A stretch of DNA of 64,000 nucleotides from Takakia lepidozioides. Taxonomy: Eukaryota > Plantae > Bryophyta. A program made the translations under genes and the position numbers. Shown piece by piece: positions 11,509 through 24,700 of this stretch. The stretch spans positions 53,072,001 to 53,136,000 of the forward strand of contig CM060733.1 in the NCBI GenBank assembly GCA_030704615.1, read 5' to 3'. Within the stretch, counting starts at the first letter, position 1. The number at the start of each line of letters is the position of its first letter. Below the pieces are notes generated by a model. It was not told the DNA's origin, searched no databases, and was given only the letters and a program-made list of their open reading frames with translations.

Positions 11509-14500
11509 CTATGGATTGTGCAACCCGCGTGGGCTGTGTTGGGCTATGACAGGCTGTGTCAAATTGTGACGAGCTGTGATAGGTTGTGTGATGCTGTGAT
11601 GGGCTGTGATAGGTATGTCATACTGTGGTGGCCTGTGATGACTGTGTGAACACCCGTGTTTCCCGCTCAAGCCATACACATTCGGCTTTACAACAAGTGC
11701 TTCATGCTCCATTGGTATTACCAATGTAATCTGTGTCTGCTTCTGTGTTTCAAAATGCAAATCATGCTGCAATGGTTTATCATAGATACCACTGTATCTT
11801 TTCAACTTATTGGCATTCACTCTTCCAAGCATCTCTTTGTTAATGGTTTGTAACATGGCAGTGTTGTTATCATACATCTTCTGTATGACATAAGGTCCTT
11901 TCCATGGTGACTTAAGCTTAGAAGCTTTAATCTTTCTCTTCTTCTGCAACCACAGAACCAAATCACCCGTCTTAAAAGTTTTCAATTTACCTTCATCAAA
12001 TTGATCCTTCCTCTTCATCTGAATTATGGTCATGTTATCTGCTGCATCAGCACGTACTTCTTCCACGTGATATAATTCATGTTTCCTGACTTTAATTGAA
12101 TCATCCAATTCCATTCTCCTTCCCCATTCAATTCTCATGGTAGGTAACAAGAATTCCACTGGAAGTAAAGCTTCCATACCATAAACTAATTGGAATGGTG
12201 TATACTTAGTGGTGATTTTATATGAAGTCATGTATGACCACAAAGCTGTCAGCAGCTTTGTATCCCAATCTGTTCTGTTTGTATTGACTATTTTAGCTAA
12301 AATAGTGCATAGTATTTTGTTGGTGGCCTCTGCCTGCCCATTGCCTTGTGGGTAATAGGTTGTACTCTTCTTGTGCACAATCATGAACTCTTTAGTCAAT
12401 AGTTCTAAGCTCTCATTAATGAAGTGACTTCCCTGGTCACTGATAAATTCCAGGGGACAACCAAATCTTGTAAGTATGTTCTCATACAGAAACCTTGCTG
12501 TAGACTTAGCTGTGTTGTCCCTCGGAGCTTTAGCTTCCACCCACTTTGTAGTATAATCAGTAGCTGTGATTATATACTTGTTCTGTGTATTTCTGGCTGG
12601 TGGGTTTATTGGTCCAACAAAGTCTAGTCCCCATTTCTGAAATGGTTCAATAGGCATCGTAGGATGCAAAAGCCATTTTTCCAGATCTTTGCAAAGGTCC
12701 TAGCCTCTGACACTCATCACAACTCTTGCAATACTTGTGCACATCTTTGAACAGAGTAGGTCACCAGTAACCTGCAAGTAGTATTTTTCTGCTAGTAGTC
12801 TCATCTCCAAAATGACCTCCAGCTACTCCTTTATGAACTTCTCCCAAAACTTTATTTACTTCATGGTGATACAAGCATCGTTTAAGAACTCCATCAGGTC
12901 CTAGCTTATACAATTTGCCACCTATCATAGTGTAGGGTAAAGCCTTGATAGCTATTCTCTTCCTCTGTTCCTTCCCATAACTGGGTGGGCACTGACCATG
13001 AGTAAGGTAGTATCTGATTGGCCACTGCCAATCTAACCAATCATCTGCACTTCCTTGCACCTCCACTGCAAATAGACTCGCATCAGGTAGTTGGTCGTCT
13101 ACTCCCGTGGCGGGCTCTCCTATTGATAGGCGTGACAAGTGATCTGCCACAAGATACAAACGGCCAGGCTTGTAAACAACTTCGAATTCAAACTTGTGCA
13201 AGATTATTAACCATCTTGCTATCATGCCACTTATCAAAGGCTTGTTCACCAAATAAATCAAAGCCTGATGATCCACATAAAACATAAACTTCCTTCCCAA
13301 TAGGTAATGCCTGAATTTCTTGACTGCATAAATCATTGCCAATGCTTCTCTTTCAGTGGTGCTATAGTTCATTTCAGCACTGTTCAATAACGTGCTAGCA
13401 TAGTACACAGGTGAATCTATGTTTCCCGTGATATTTTTGGGCTAACACAGCTCCCAATGCTTCTCCTGAGGCATCACAATATACATGAAATATTATATGC
13501 TAGTGTGGGTTAATCAGCACAGGTGTAGTTGTTACTGACAATGTAAGTTCCTCAAAAGCCTGTTGACATTCAGCTGTCCATGTAAACACTGCATCCTTCT
13601 TCAGAAGCTTGCTCAATGGTGCTACCATCTGTGTATACCGTTTGACAAACCTTCTATAATAAGTAGTTTGTCCAAGGATCCTCCTTAGACCCTTAATGTT
13701 ACTTGGTGGTGGTGAGGCTTTAATGGCCTCTGTCTTTCTGGGATCCACAAGCAGTCCCCTCTTACACACACAGTGTCCCAAAAGTACCCCTGAATTCATA
13801 CAGAAAATACACTTTTCTGGATTCAACCCAAGACCTCTCATCCTGCATCTGGCCAAACATAATTTCAACTTCTGCAGGTGCTCATTCTTAGAGTTATACA
13901 CACTGAAGTCATCTAAGAACACCTGCATGAAATCATCCAGATAATTAAGGAAGGATTCACTTATCACTCTCTGAAAAGTTGCTGGTGCATTACAAAGTCC
14001 AAAGGGCATGACTTTGTATGCATATGCACCCCAATTTGTGATAAAAGTTGTCTTTCCCTGGTCTTCTTCTGCCACTTGTACTTGGTTATATCCACTGAAG
14101 CCATCCATGAATGAGTACATTTCATAGCCTGCCACAGTGTCCAGTACCGCTTCTGTGGATGACAAAGGAAATGGATCTTTCTTTGTACAAGCATTCAACT
14201 TCTTATAGTTCACACAAACTCTCAGTTTACCATTCTTCTTGGGAACTATCACAATGGGTGACAACCAAGTTGTATACTCTATTGGGTATATGAACTTAGC
14301 CTCAGCCAACTTCTTGATCTCCCCAACCTTTTGTGCATAGTTGGGACTCATCCTGTACCTTGCCTGTTTATTGGCACTGACCCTGGTTCCAGTTCAATCT
14401 TATGCTAACAAATCTCAGGTGGTATCCCTTTCAAATCTTTATAGCTGCAAACAAATACATCTTTGTATTTGATAAACACGCTCTTAGCTTCCTCAGAGAA

Positions 14501-16480
14501 TTATGGCTCCAAGTCAGCCCCTATTTTCACCATTCTTGGTTCCTCCTCAGTTCCCACATTCACGTCTCTCACCTGCTCTTCAGCTATCATTGTCCATCCA
14601 GCCACTACTTCATCCTTTAAACTCACAGTGGCTGGTTCTTCTAGGATTTCCATTTCTCTCTCTCTTTCCTCATAGAAATGTGGTGGGTAACTACTTGTTT
14701 CCCCCTCAATTGGTGTTGTTGTTACTGTACCACAGCAGATACCTTTAAAACAACTCAGGCCTCCCAGTTGCATTTTTGCAACCTGCTCCCACTTTGGGTG
14801 CGCAGCAAACAGGGTAGCTTCATGCTCCTCATCGAGTCATCCCCTCTAGTCATACTCTCTGATTCCACGAGGTCTTCTGGTAGCAGGTAGCCTACTAGAT
14901 TTCTTAGTGGTGACTTGTATCTTGTGCTTCCCATCATGCAGAGTAAGTAATTGGGAATTCCAGTCATGGAATACCCTGGCTTGTTTCAGCCATGGTCGCC
15001 CCAGCAATAAGGAGTAAGCTTCCATAACATCATCCATTTTCAACACAGTCACTGTGATCTTTAAGATCATCCTCTGGATCTGTATCTTAACTCCTCTTAT
15101 CAAGCCTAATGGCTGTACACTCCTTTGATCTGCCATTGTTACTCTAAATGGAGCTAGTTTCATACTACTCAGACCAAGCTTCTGCCTTAGTTGGTCTGTC
15201 ATGATATTTACTCCTGAGCCTCCATCTATCAGTACATCAGTCAGGTTTGTGCTTCCAAATCTCAATTGGATTACTGGCATAGAATCATCAAAGTCCATGA
15301 CTGTTTCTTGCCTTTCAGGCTTCACATTATAGCTTGTCACCTTGTTGTTCAGGTCTGTGTTCCCTGTCACATGGGCAATCCGATTGATTGCTTGATACAG
15401 CCTGTGTCTACAATAAGGTGCCATAGCCAATAGCTGTCCAATGGTAATCTCCGCTTTGGACTGGCATATTACTTTAGCCAAAGTCCCTTCATTACTCTGC
15501 ATTTCTGCAGCTTCTTTCTTCCCTTCATCCTCACTCACTTCTTCTTCTCTTTCAGAATCAGAGGAATCTGCCATAGGAATATCAGTACTCTTCTGCATTT
15601 CCCTTATGGTATCTGCCACTTCCTTGTGCAGTTCCTTCTCATCTCTCCAAGCCTCATCATCTTCAGGCACATCACTGCCATCCTCATGATCATCTTCTTC
15701 CTCATCCACTGGAGGTATTAGCTTAGCTTTGCTTCTGTTACTATCGTTGTACTCACTTCTGGTACAAAACATGGCCTAACCATGTGAGCCGCCACCACGG
15801 GGCCCTCATTCATAGGAGCTCTCATCTCATTCTGGTGTCTGATCCAGAATGGACAGGCCGCCTTGCGATGTCCCGCCTGATTACAATAGTAACACAGTTC
15901 TTCACCATTGGGTCCTCGCCCTTGGTCTACTCTGAAATTATTTCTATAATCCTGATTCCCTGACTGGTAATTCCCTCTTGGGTTACCCTGGTAGTTGCCT
16001 CTGAGATTGCCTTGGTAATTTCCTCTTGGATTACCTCTTCCTGCCATACCATTGTTATAACCACCAGGCCTTCCATAGTGGTCTTGGTCATTGTTTCTTC
16101 TTGGATGGGGCTGCACTTGATGCACCCTCACTAGCCTAGGTTCTCTTGCAGCTGTCCTTCTATTGTAGTAACAATTCTCAGTAGAATGGTTATCCATTTT
16201 ACAGATAGTACAGTGTTTCTCCTTCATGTGGCATTCAGCTGTGGTATGGCCTTCGTTTTGGCATTTTGCACACCAAACACCCTTCCTCCAATGTGTTGCA
16301 GCCTCTATGGCATACTTCTACAAAACTTCTACTTTTTTTTTTTCTTACTCTTCCTTTTGAGCTCTTGCTCTTCTTCCTCATTTGACTCATCTTCAGAGTC
16401 CTCATCATCCATTTTCTCTCTTCTGAGCATCCCCAATTGCTCAATTCTGTTGGCTGTTTCAAATGCCTCTTCCACTGCAT
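11509..16480 (-). mobile_element. Ty3/Gypsy LTR retrotransposon, family A, degraded copy 1 (gag-PR-RT-RH-IN)
   Basis: Gag CCHC knuckles (CTICKMDNHSTENC, CYYCNQAGHRKAAC; 15718-16227), protease LIDGGSG (14846-15772), RT with FLDD (13500-14351), RNase H NYSTTEREALA (12761-13408), integrase WGLDFVGP...SDQGSHF...GQAE and GPY motif (11509-12669). Several stops and frameshifts. Confidence 0.95.
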
Positions 16481-16499
16481 CTTGTAAGTATGTTCAAAC

Positions 16500-18990
16500 C
16501 GCGAGGCTTGTAATCAACTTCGAATTCAAACTCGTGCAAGATTATTAACCATCTTGCTATCCTGCCACTTATCAAAGGCTTGTTCACCAAATAAATCAAA
16601 GCCTGATGATCCACATAAAACATAAACTTCCTTCCCAATAGGTAATGCCTGAATTTCTTGACTGCATAAATCATTGCCAATGCTTCTCTTTCAGTGGTGC
16701 TATAGTTCATTTCAGCACTGTTCAATAACGTGCTAGCATAGTACACAGGTGAATCTATGTTTCCTGTGATATTTTTGGGCTAACACAGCTCCCAATGCTT
16801 TTCCTGAGGCATCACAGTGTACATGAAATACTATATGCTAGTGTGGGTTAATCAGCACAGGTGTAGTTTTTACTGACAATGTAAGTTCATCAAAAGCCTG
16901 TTGACATTCAGCTGTCCATGTAAACACTGCATCCTTCTTCAGAAGCTTGCTCAATGGTGCTACCATCTGTGCATACCATTTGACAAACCTTCTATAATAA
17001 GTAGTTTGTCCAAGGATCCTCCTTAGACCCTTAACGTTACTTGGTGGTGGTGAGGCTTTAATAGCCTCTGTCTTTCTAGGATCCACAAGCAGTCTCTTCT
17101 TACACACAATGTGTCCCAGTAGTACCCCTGAGTTCACACAGAAAGTACACTTTTCCGGATTTAGTCCAAGACCTCTCATCCTACATCTGGCCAAACATAA
17201 TTTCAACTTCTGCAAGTGCTCATTCTTAGAGCTGTACACACTGAAGTCATCTGAGAAACCCACACAAACTCTCAGTTTACCATTCTTCTTGGGAACTATC
17301 ACAATGGGTGACAACCAAGTTGTAAACTCTATCGGGTATATGAACTTAGCCTCAGCCAGCTTCTTGATCTCTTCCTCAACCTTTTGTGCATAGTTAAGAT
17401 TCATCCTGTACCTAGTCTGTTTGATTGGTACCGACCTTGGTTCCAGTTCAATCTTATGCTGACAAATCTCAGGTGGTATCCCTTTCAAATCTTTATAGCT
17501 GCAAACAAATACATCTTTGTATTTGATAAACATGCTCTTAGCTTCCTCAAAGAATTATGGCTCCAAGTCAGCCCCTATTTTCACCATTCTTGGTTCCTCC
17601 TCAGTTCCCACATTCACGTCTCTCACCTGCTCTTCAGCTATCATTGTCCATCCAGCCACTACTTCATCCTTTAAACTCACAGTGGCTGGTTCTTCTAGGA
17701 TTTCCATTTCTCTCTCTCTTTCCTCATAGAAATGTGGTGGGTAACTACTTGTTTCCCCCTCAAATGGTATTGCTGTTACTGCACCACAACAGATACTTTT
17801 AAAACAACTCAGGCCTCCCAGTTGCATTTTTGCAACCTGCTCCCACTCTGGGTGCGCAGCAAATATGGTAGCTTCCTGCTGCTCATCCAGTCCTCCCCTC
17901 CAGTCATACTCTCTGACTCCACGAGGTCTTCTGGTAGAAGGTAGCCTACTAGATTTCTTAGTGGTGACCTGTATCTTGTGCTTCCCATCATGCAGAGTAA
18001 GTAACTGGGAATTCCAGTCATGGAATACCCTGGCCTGTTTCAGCCATGGTCGACCTAGCAATAAAGAGTAAGCTTCCATAACATCATCCATTTTCAACAC
18101 AGTCACTGTGATCTTTAAGATCATCCTCTGGATCTGTATCTTAACTCCTCTTATCAAGCCTAATGGCTGTACACTCCTTTGATCTGCCATTGTTACTCTA
18201 AATGGAGCTGGTTTCAAACTACTCAGACCAAGCTTCTGCCTTAGTTGGTCTGTCATGATATTTACTCCTGAACCTCCATCTATCAGTCCATCAGTCAGGT
18301 TTGTGCTTCCAAATCTCAATTGGATTATTGGCATAGAATCATCAAAGTCCATGACTGTTTCTTGCCCTTCAGGCTTCACATTATAGCTTGTCACCTTGCT
18401 GTTCAGGTCTGTGTTCCCTGTCACACTTTAGCCAAAGTCCTTTCATTACTCTGCATTTCTGCAGCTTCTTTCTTCCCTTCATCCTCACTCACTTCTTCTT
18501 CTCTTTCAAAATCAGAGGAATCTGCCATAGGAATATCAGTACTCTTCTGCATTTCCCTTATGGTATCTGCCACTTCCTTGTGCAGTTCCTTCTTATCTCT
18601 CCAAGCCTCATCATCTTCAGGCACATCACTGCCATCTTCATTATCATCACCTTCCTCATCTACTGGAGGTATTAATTTGGCTTTGCTTCTGGTTACTATC
18701 ATTGTACTTACTTGTGGTACAACACATGGCCCATGTGAGCTGCCACCACTGGCCCTTCATTCATAGGAGCTCTCATCTCATTCTGGTGTCTGATCTAGAA
18801 TGGACAGGCTGCCTTGCAATGTCCTGCCTGATTACAATAGTAACACAGTTCTTCCCCATTAGGTCCTCGCCCTTGGTCTGTTCTGGGATTGTTTCTGTAA
18901 TCCTGATTCCCTGGCTGGTAATTCCCCCTTGGATTACCCTGATAGTTGCCTCTGGAATTTCCTTGGTAATTTCCTCTTGGATTACCTCTC
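16500..18990 (-). mobile_element. Family A Ty3/Gypsy copy 2 (tandem, internally deleted: gag end-PR-partial RT-partial RH)
   Basis: Near-identical to 13170-16040, but with a deletion inside RT (LRVCV joined to DDFSV) and another before the protease. Cut at 18990 by a different LTR. Confidence 0.92.
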
Positions 18991-19411
18991 TGTCATGGTT
19001 TTAGTCATGGTTATCTAGAATTACCTACTTCTAGTTAACTAGGACATTTTAGATATTTATATTTATATTTTGTGTGTTGGGACTTCATTTGGTCTCACAT
19101 GCCAAGTGAGGTGTCGAGCCTCACTTGAGACATGGAGACATGTTTTCCCCTTGTGAGTGTTGAGGAGGCTCATCTTCTTGTAGTTGAGCCTCCATGAGCT
19201 TCTCTCACCTCCATAGCTCTAGGTATTGAGAGGGAGTGTGTTGAGGGCTTTGTAGGGTGGATTCCTTTAGCAAAGGTGCCCTTGGCTTGACTTAGTTTAT
19301 GTGATAGAGTGGATTTCACTTGGAAGGACTAGGGCTTGTTCTTCATGTGATTGCTTCATGCTTTGAGAGCTTTCATTGTATTCTACTTCTCTCATTTCTC
19401 ATCTCTTATCA
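18991..19411 (+). mobile_element. LTR (type B, TG...CA) followed by a putative self-priming PBS
   Basis: Starts TGTCA and ends CTTATCA. The next 12 nt, CTACAAGAAGAT (19412-19423), are the exact reverse complement of ATCTTCTTGTAG inside the LTR (19172-19183). Shares the GGCTCATCT...GTTGAGCC hairpin and TTATCA end with the B segments at 37493, 50395 and 58291. Confidence 0.75.
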
Positions 19412-20409
19412 CTACAAGAAGATCACCTTATGCTTGTGAGTGCGGAGTGTAAGGATTAGTTTTGCACTTGTATTTTAAAGAGGTTGAGAGCTAGGAGAAT
19501 TTAGCTCTTGTATCACAAGGCTTGCAAGGGGTTGCAAGGAAAGGTGCTCGAGTATTGCATGCACCAAGGAGTTGGAGAGCTTGAGAAGAAAGCTCTTGAG
19601 TCACAAGATTTTGCAAGGATTGTAAGGAGGAAGTCTGTGTGTGTGGAAAGCATGGATTCTAGGGTTTGAGAATCCTTTGTATGCATTATGGAGTCGATGG
19701 TGTGCGCCATGGCTTGTGGAGAGTGACTAAAGGCTTGTTAGTGCTCATTTCACTATCAAGCTAGGGTTAAGTAAGTTCAAAGTGTGGATGTGTGGAAGAG
19801 AAGCCAAGGAGCTATATATGCTTGGGCTTGAAGACAACAAGGGCAAGCACTTGGAGAGCACTAAGAAGCTCAAGAGGTTTTGAAAGGGAGCATGTGAAGA
19901 AATCTTCCAATCATGTGGTGTGGAGCCAAGCTTAGGGTGCCATTGGAAGGGCTTGGAGAACATGTGGTGGGAAATCCTTGAAGGGAAATCATCATTCAAT
20001 GTATGCATAGCTTCATCCTAACTATGTAATGTGACAAGAGGGGGAGGCAATACTTGGCTATTCATGCTCTTGGTAGTGCGAGCTTTGTGGTGGATAGTTG
20101 ACCAAGCAAGTGGTGCATGTGTGGAGCATGCTCGCTTGAGTTTGTAAGTTCAAGTTTGAGAAGATGAGCTCTTGAACTAGCAAGAGGTGAAGGCCTTTGA
20201 GATCCATTTGTGTGTGAAGTGGAGAGGTGTTGATTCATGTTATGACATTGTCCACCAAAGCTCCTCGAAGGGTCCCTTCAAGGACCCCAAAGATCCTCCA
20301 AACACTCCTCCAAGGACCCCAAAATCCTCCAAATACTCCTCCAAGGGCCCTCAAATATCTTCCAAACAATCCTCCAAAGGCCCTTAAATTTCACTAAGTC
20401 CTTTCACTG

Positions 20410-20712
20410 TTGATACCTTAACAGAGGTATAGTCTGAGGTTGCTAGGGTCCCTTATGTTGATGTACCTTTACAGAGGTATAGTCTGAAAATGAGGGTTCT
20501 GTTTGGTATACTAACAGAGGTATAGTCTGAGCTGATTAGGGTTCACATATGGTGATACCTCAATAGAGGTATAGTAAAATGGACAAGCTCCTGTTTGGTA
20601 TACTAACAGAGTATAGTCTCACATTAGGTTTCACATATGTGATACCTCAACAGACGTATTGTCAAAGGGACAAGCTCCTGTTTGGTATACTAACAGAGGT
20701 ATAGTCTGAGCA
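20410..20712 (+). repeat. Tandem array, 7 copies of the core ACAGAGGTATAGTCTGA, ~43-50 bp period with dimeric higher-order structure
   Basis: Cores at ~20421, 20471, 20514, 20563, 20606, 20650 and 20693. The intervening sequences alternate between GATACCTCA-type and CTGTTTGGTATACTA-type. Confidence 0.85.
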
Positions 20713-21799
20713 TACACTACTAGGGTTTGTAATGAAGAGCTAGAATGCAAGTCCTTGACTTCTATGCTTCTACTCAAGCAAAAATATGGTCTCTAGGTGG
20801 TCATAAGAGGCATCTTCTTGCTCTCTTCCACCCCAATGTGCAACCAAGAGTGGTCCAACTCAACTTGCAAGTCATTGTCCACCAAATCAATCCCCCTTCT
20901 AGTCCTTGGGATTTGATTGCAAACTACCATATCTCCATTGCCGAGCAATCATGCATTTGTCTCCTCATCACTTGACAATTGCTCCAAATCAACACAAATT
21001 ATCTCAATGTGTAGGAGCAATGCTTGTCACTTACAATAATGCTCCCAAGCAATCCGCCTTGGATCCCACTCTCACGCCATATGCCTCATTTGGGGTCTTG
21101 CACCAATCCATCATCCATGTGCTCCCCGTGGTCATTTGAATGCATGTTTCATGACCTCTTGGCCTATGTGTTGCTCGAAGAGCTCTTGAAGGATTGATTG
21201 AGGGATATTGAAGGATACTTGCCACGGCCATACAAGCGAGTGGATAGAGACATGAGGGAGAGTGGTGGGATGAGAGCATTCTGGGGTTAGGAATTGCTTT
21301 AGTTTCTCTTCTCCATAGTCTTTCACCCTCTCTGTAGGCCAAAACCTTTCCGTAGGTGGAGGCGAGAGTCAGTCCGGGTCTGGGCTGGGGTGTCCTTGCA
21401 GGAGCGACACTGTGGAGTGTTTTTGGTGTGGGGGAGTTGCTGTCTTGATTTTCTTGTGTTTGGATCCCCTCCACACCTGCATGCTTGACTGTGCGCCATG
21501 TTAGCTTTGTGTGGGCGCTTGTTTTCATAGGAGGTTGGTCCGGATTTGATCACCGGCCAATCCTAGAGTATGCTGTCGGTGGTGAGGCTGGAGTGATGAC
21601 CAGCAAGACCACCAGTGTTTCTTCTAGGGTGAGGCTGGGTTGATGACCAACAGACCATAGGAGTGCTTGCGGTGGATGCAGGTGCAGGTACAGGTCTACG
21701 TTAGAAACCTATTATTCCTGCTTGAACCAGTAGCCGCAACAGGTTCTTTACCCGGTTACCTTGTAGAAAGTGGGGATTAGAGACAGGTTGACAACCGGT

Positions 21800-24700
21800 T
21801 TGGGTTGTGAGTTTTCATCACGGAGGTGCCACCAGCTGCTGAGGAGAGTGCCGGTACAAGCACCAGCGATACTAGTGGGTACACAAGACAAGGTGTGCGG
21901 TTTAGGCCACTTTCACCTTCAGTGTCTTCTGAGGAAGGTTCAGACTCGGAGTCAGGAGGATTCTCGCCAAGGGTGCAAGTCAATTCCGTGCCATTGTTGT
22001 GGGACACGATGGAGGAGATGTATGGAGCTACCAAGGGGCCACGAAGGTACTCTGGGGCGGTGGGCACCATTGAGTTGGATGATTTATCCAGAGTTTGATA
22101 GTTGGTTTAATTTGCAGCACATGCGCAATCCCACACTATTTACGCCTTTCATGGCATGGAAGGGGCGTTTCAGCACCTGAGAGGGGGCCACCTATGGATG
22201 ATTACCATGAGTTCAGGCGGGGCATGAGGTTGAGATCGAGAAGTGGAGGATGTACTAGCACCCGACTATGTCTCCATCACTAGGGGCACTAGAGCCACAG
22301 GGCATTGGCTACACCTGCCGCTGCACCGGCACTTCAGCAAGCAGCAGTGGGACTGGTGATACCATAGCTACGACGTCCACCCAAGCTACTGCTGCACCAG
22401 CCCGACCAGTGGCGGTGCCTGCCTTCAACCCCTGTTGTGGATTCTTCGAAGAGTTAAGAGGGAACTACCAGGGGTGAGGACAGAGAAGTTGCGGAGCTTG
22501 CAAAGATTCCAACGGAAGCCGACTGAGAGCTTGAGGGAGGCTTTCACTCGCATGAGGCGCTTGATAAATGTAACCCAAGGGGTTACGGAAGCTCAGGCAG
22601 TCCAATGCTTGTATGGGATATTGGACAAGACTGAGGAGAGGGGTGTGGGATGCAACTCTCCTACAAGCGGCCCAACCCACTTTAGCAAATGTGTTTTTGC
22701 TAGCAGAGGCGGATAGAGCTCACATGGTGGAGGAACGAGACGGTCATGGTGGGATTTGCTAAGGAGACACCACGGGGTAGTGGTGCTCCTAGCCAACCAC
22801 TACCTCAACGTGCTCAAGGCAACAAGGGTGCTCAGGTGAAGCCCAGGAAGGACAGAGAGAACCTCAGATGCAGGGTCTCTCCCTCATTTGCGGCCACAAC
22901 GGGGGATGTGGTGTGTTGGACATGTGGCGACCCCATGTCAAGAAGGATTTTGACCCAGAGGAAGACGGGGCTAGCATAATGCACAGCCTGCACATTGCAA
23001 TATGCATTGTGGCAAGCACGGGCATGGAGAGGCCCAGTGTTATGGTTTGCATCCTGGTTGCGCCCCGGCCAGTTCCAAGGGAACAATGGTGGCCGGGGGT
23101 GAGGTGGAGCAGCCCCGAGAGCACGAGGTGTCGGGCACGAGGTGCAGGCCAATGGCAAGCTCAACATGGCCAAGGACGCGGAGGTCAAGGTTTGACCGAC
23201 ATGGCCCCAGCTTCAGCAGCTAGAGCAGAGGCTCGTTGCCATGGCTACAGCTCAGGTGGTACCGCTCCCAGCGAGATGGTCACCCTCCTGTTCCTAAGGG
23301 AGAAGATATGGGAGGCATGGGATTCATGTGCGGAGCAGCCTACCACTAGTGCAGGTGGGTCTGCTGGCAAGCCCTGACTCCGAGGAGCAGCACAGTTCCT
23401 GAGCCCGAGGTGCAGAGGTGGAATTGACCCCATCGTGGGAGGCAAGCGTCAGGCTGAGGCTTCCTCAAGTCATTCACATTGGCGAGACAATGTCGACGCC
23501 ATCCATTAGGCCCGGACCGAGGCGGAGGTTCTATGCCATTGGGGAGAAGCTACAACTGCACACTGACACCTGCTACCAGGCTAGTACAGCCGGTGTGTTA
23601 TTGGGGGCAAGCCACCTCTGTGTCTCAAGCCCCACTGTTCTTGGCAACCATGATTGCGACGCCGGGGGTAGACCACTGCATTTCAACTAGCAGGCAACAC
23701 TCTGTGAGAGTGGGAGGTCACTCATCTTCTGCGGAGTTACTGGAAGGTGTAGTGGCAAGAGGGATCCTCGGATTTGAGGGTCAGACTCCACGGCTGCGCC
23801 ATGGCAGCTGCAAGCTGCCAGCTAGGCCAGCCTTTGAGCGCGCCATGTGACACCTGGAGTTGTCCTTGTTAGACAACCAGGGAGCATTTTCACTTTGAGT
23901 GGACCGGCAGGCAAGAAGTACCGGCCACTGCGGGTCCTTGTTGGACTCAGGAGCACAGCCACTGATGTTGGGCATAGGCTGCTTTTGCAGGTTTGGGCCT
24001 CATGGAGGCGGATATGAAGCCTTGTCCTTTCCAATACAGACATCTCTGGGAGGATCAGAGCAGGCTCGGGGCATGATACGGCGTGATTTGCCATTGGACT
24101 ACACCAGATCATCCTGTAGATGGCTCAGTGATGCGAGCCAGGCCATTGTGACAGACGCGGTCTCTTACGATGTCCTTGTTGGTGGGGCAATGTTATATCC
24201 TATGGGCTTCACCTTGGACTTTTGGGAGGAGTTAGCATCCTACAGGCCAGGATGGCAGTCAGGGGATGGTCGTCGTGCACAAGCTTTCCTGTGACATTCA
24301 TTTGGGTATTGCGGCTGCCAAGCGGGGCAAGATGCCAACACTAGCCGCCTTTACAACTGCAGTTAGTTGGCCTAGAGAGTTGCTAGAAGGCAATGCCCAT
24401 GCAGAGGATGTGCCACCTCCAGCAGAGCAAGATGACATGCATGGTACGGCGGAGTTGCCTGCCTGGTTGCTCACACTCCATTATGGGTACGAGCAAGGAT
24501 TTGCAGCAGGCTGCTGATGGACGGGTACAACAAGCCTGGCTAGAGACCTTCTTACCGTCAGGAGAAGAGGAGAGTGCGGTGATTGCACCAGGACCACCTC
24601 AGTTGTCGCCATTGGACACCACACCTCTTGTGTGGCAGTGCCCGGATGAAGACATAGGCCTTCTGGACTTGCTTTGGCGGGATCAGCACTGGATTGGCTG

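Noticed and set aside
20410-20712. CRISPR-like appearance of the repeat-spacer array
   Set aside because: The spacers are related to each other in a dimeric pattern, the repeats are degenerate, there are no cas genes, and the context is a eukaryotic transposon.
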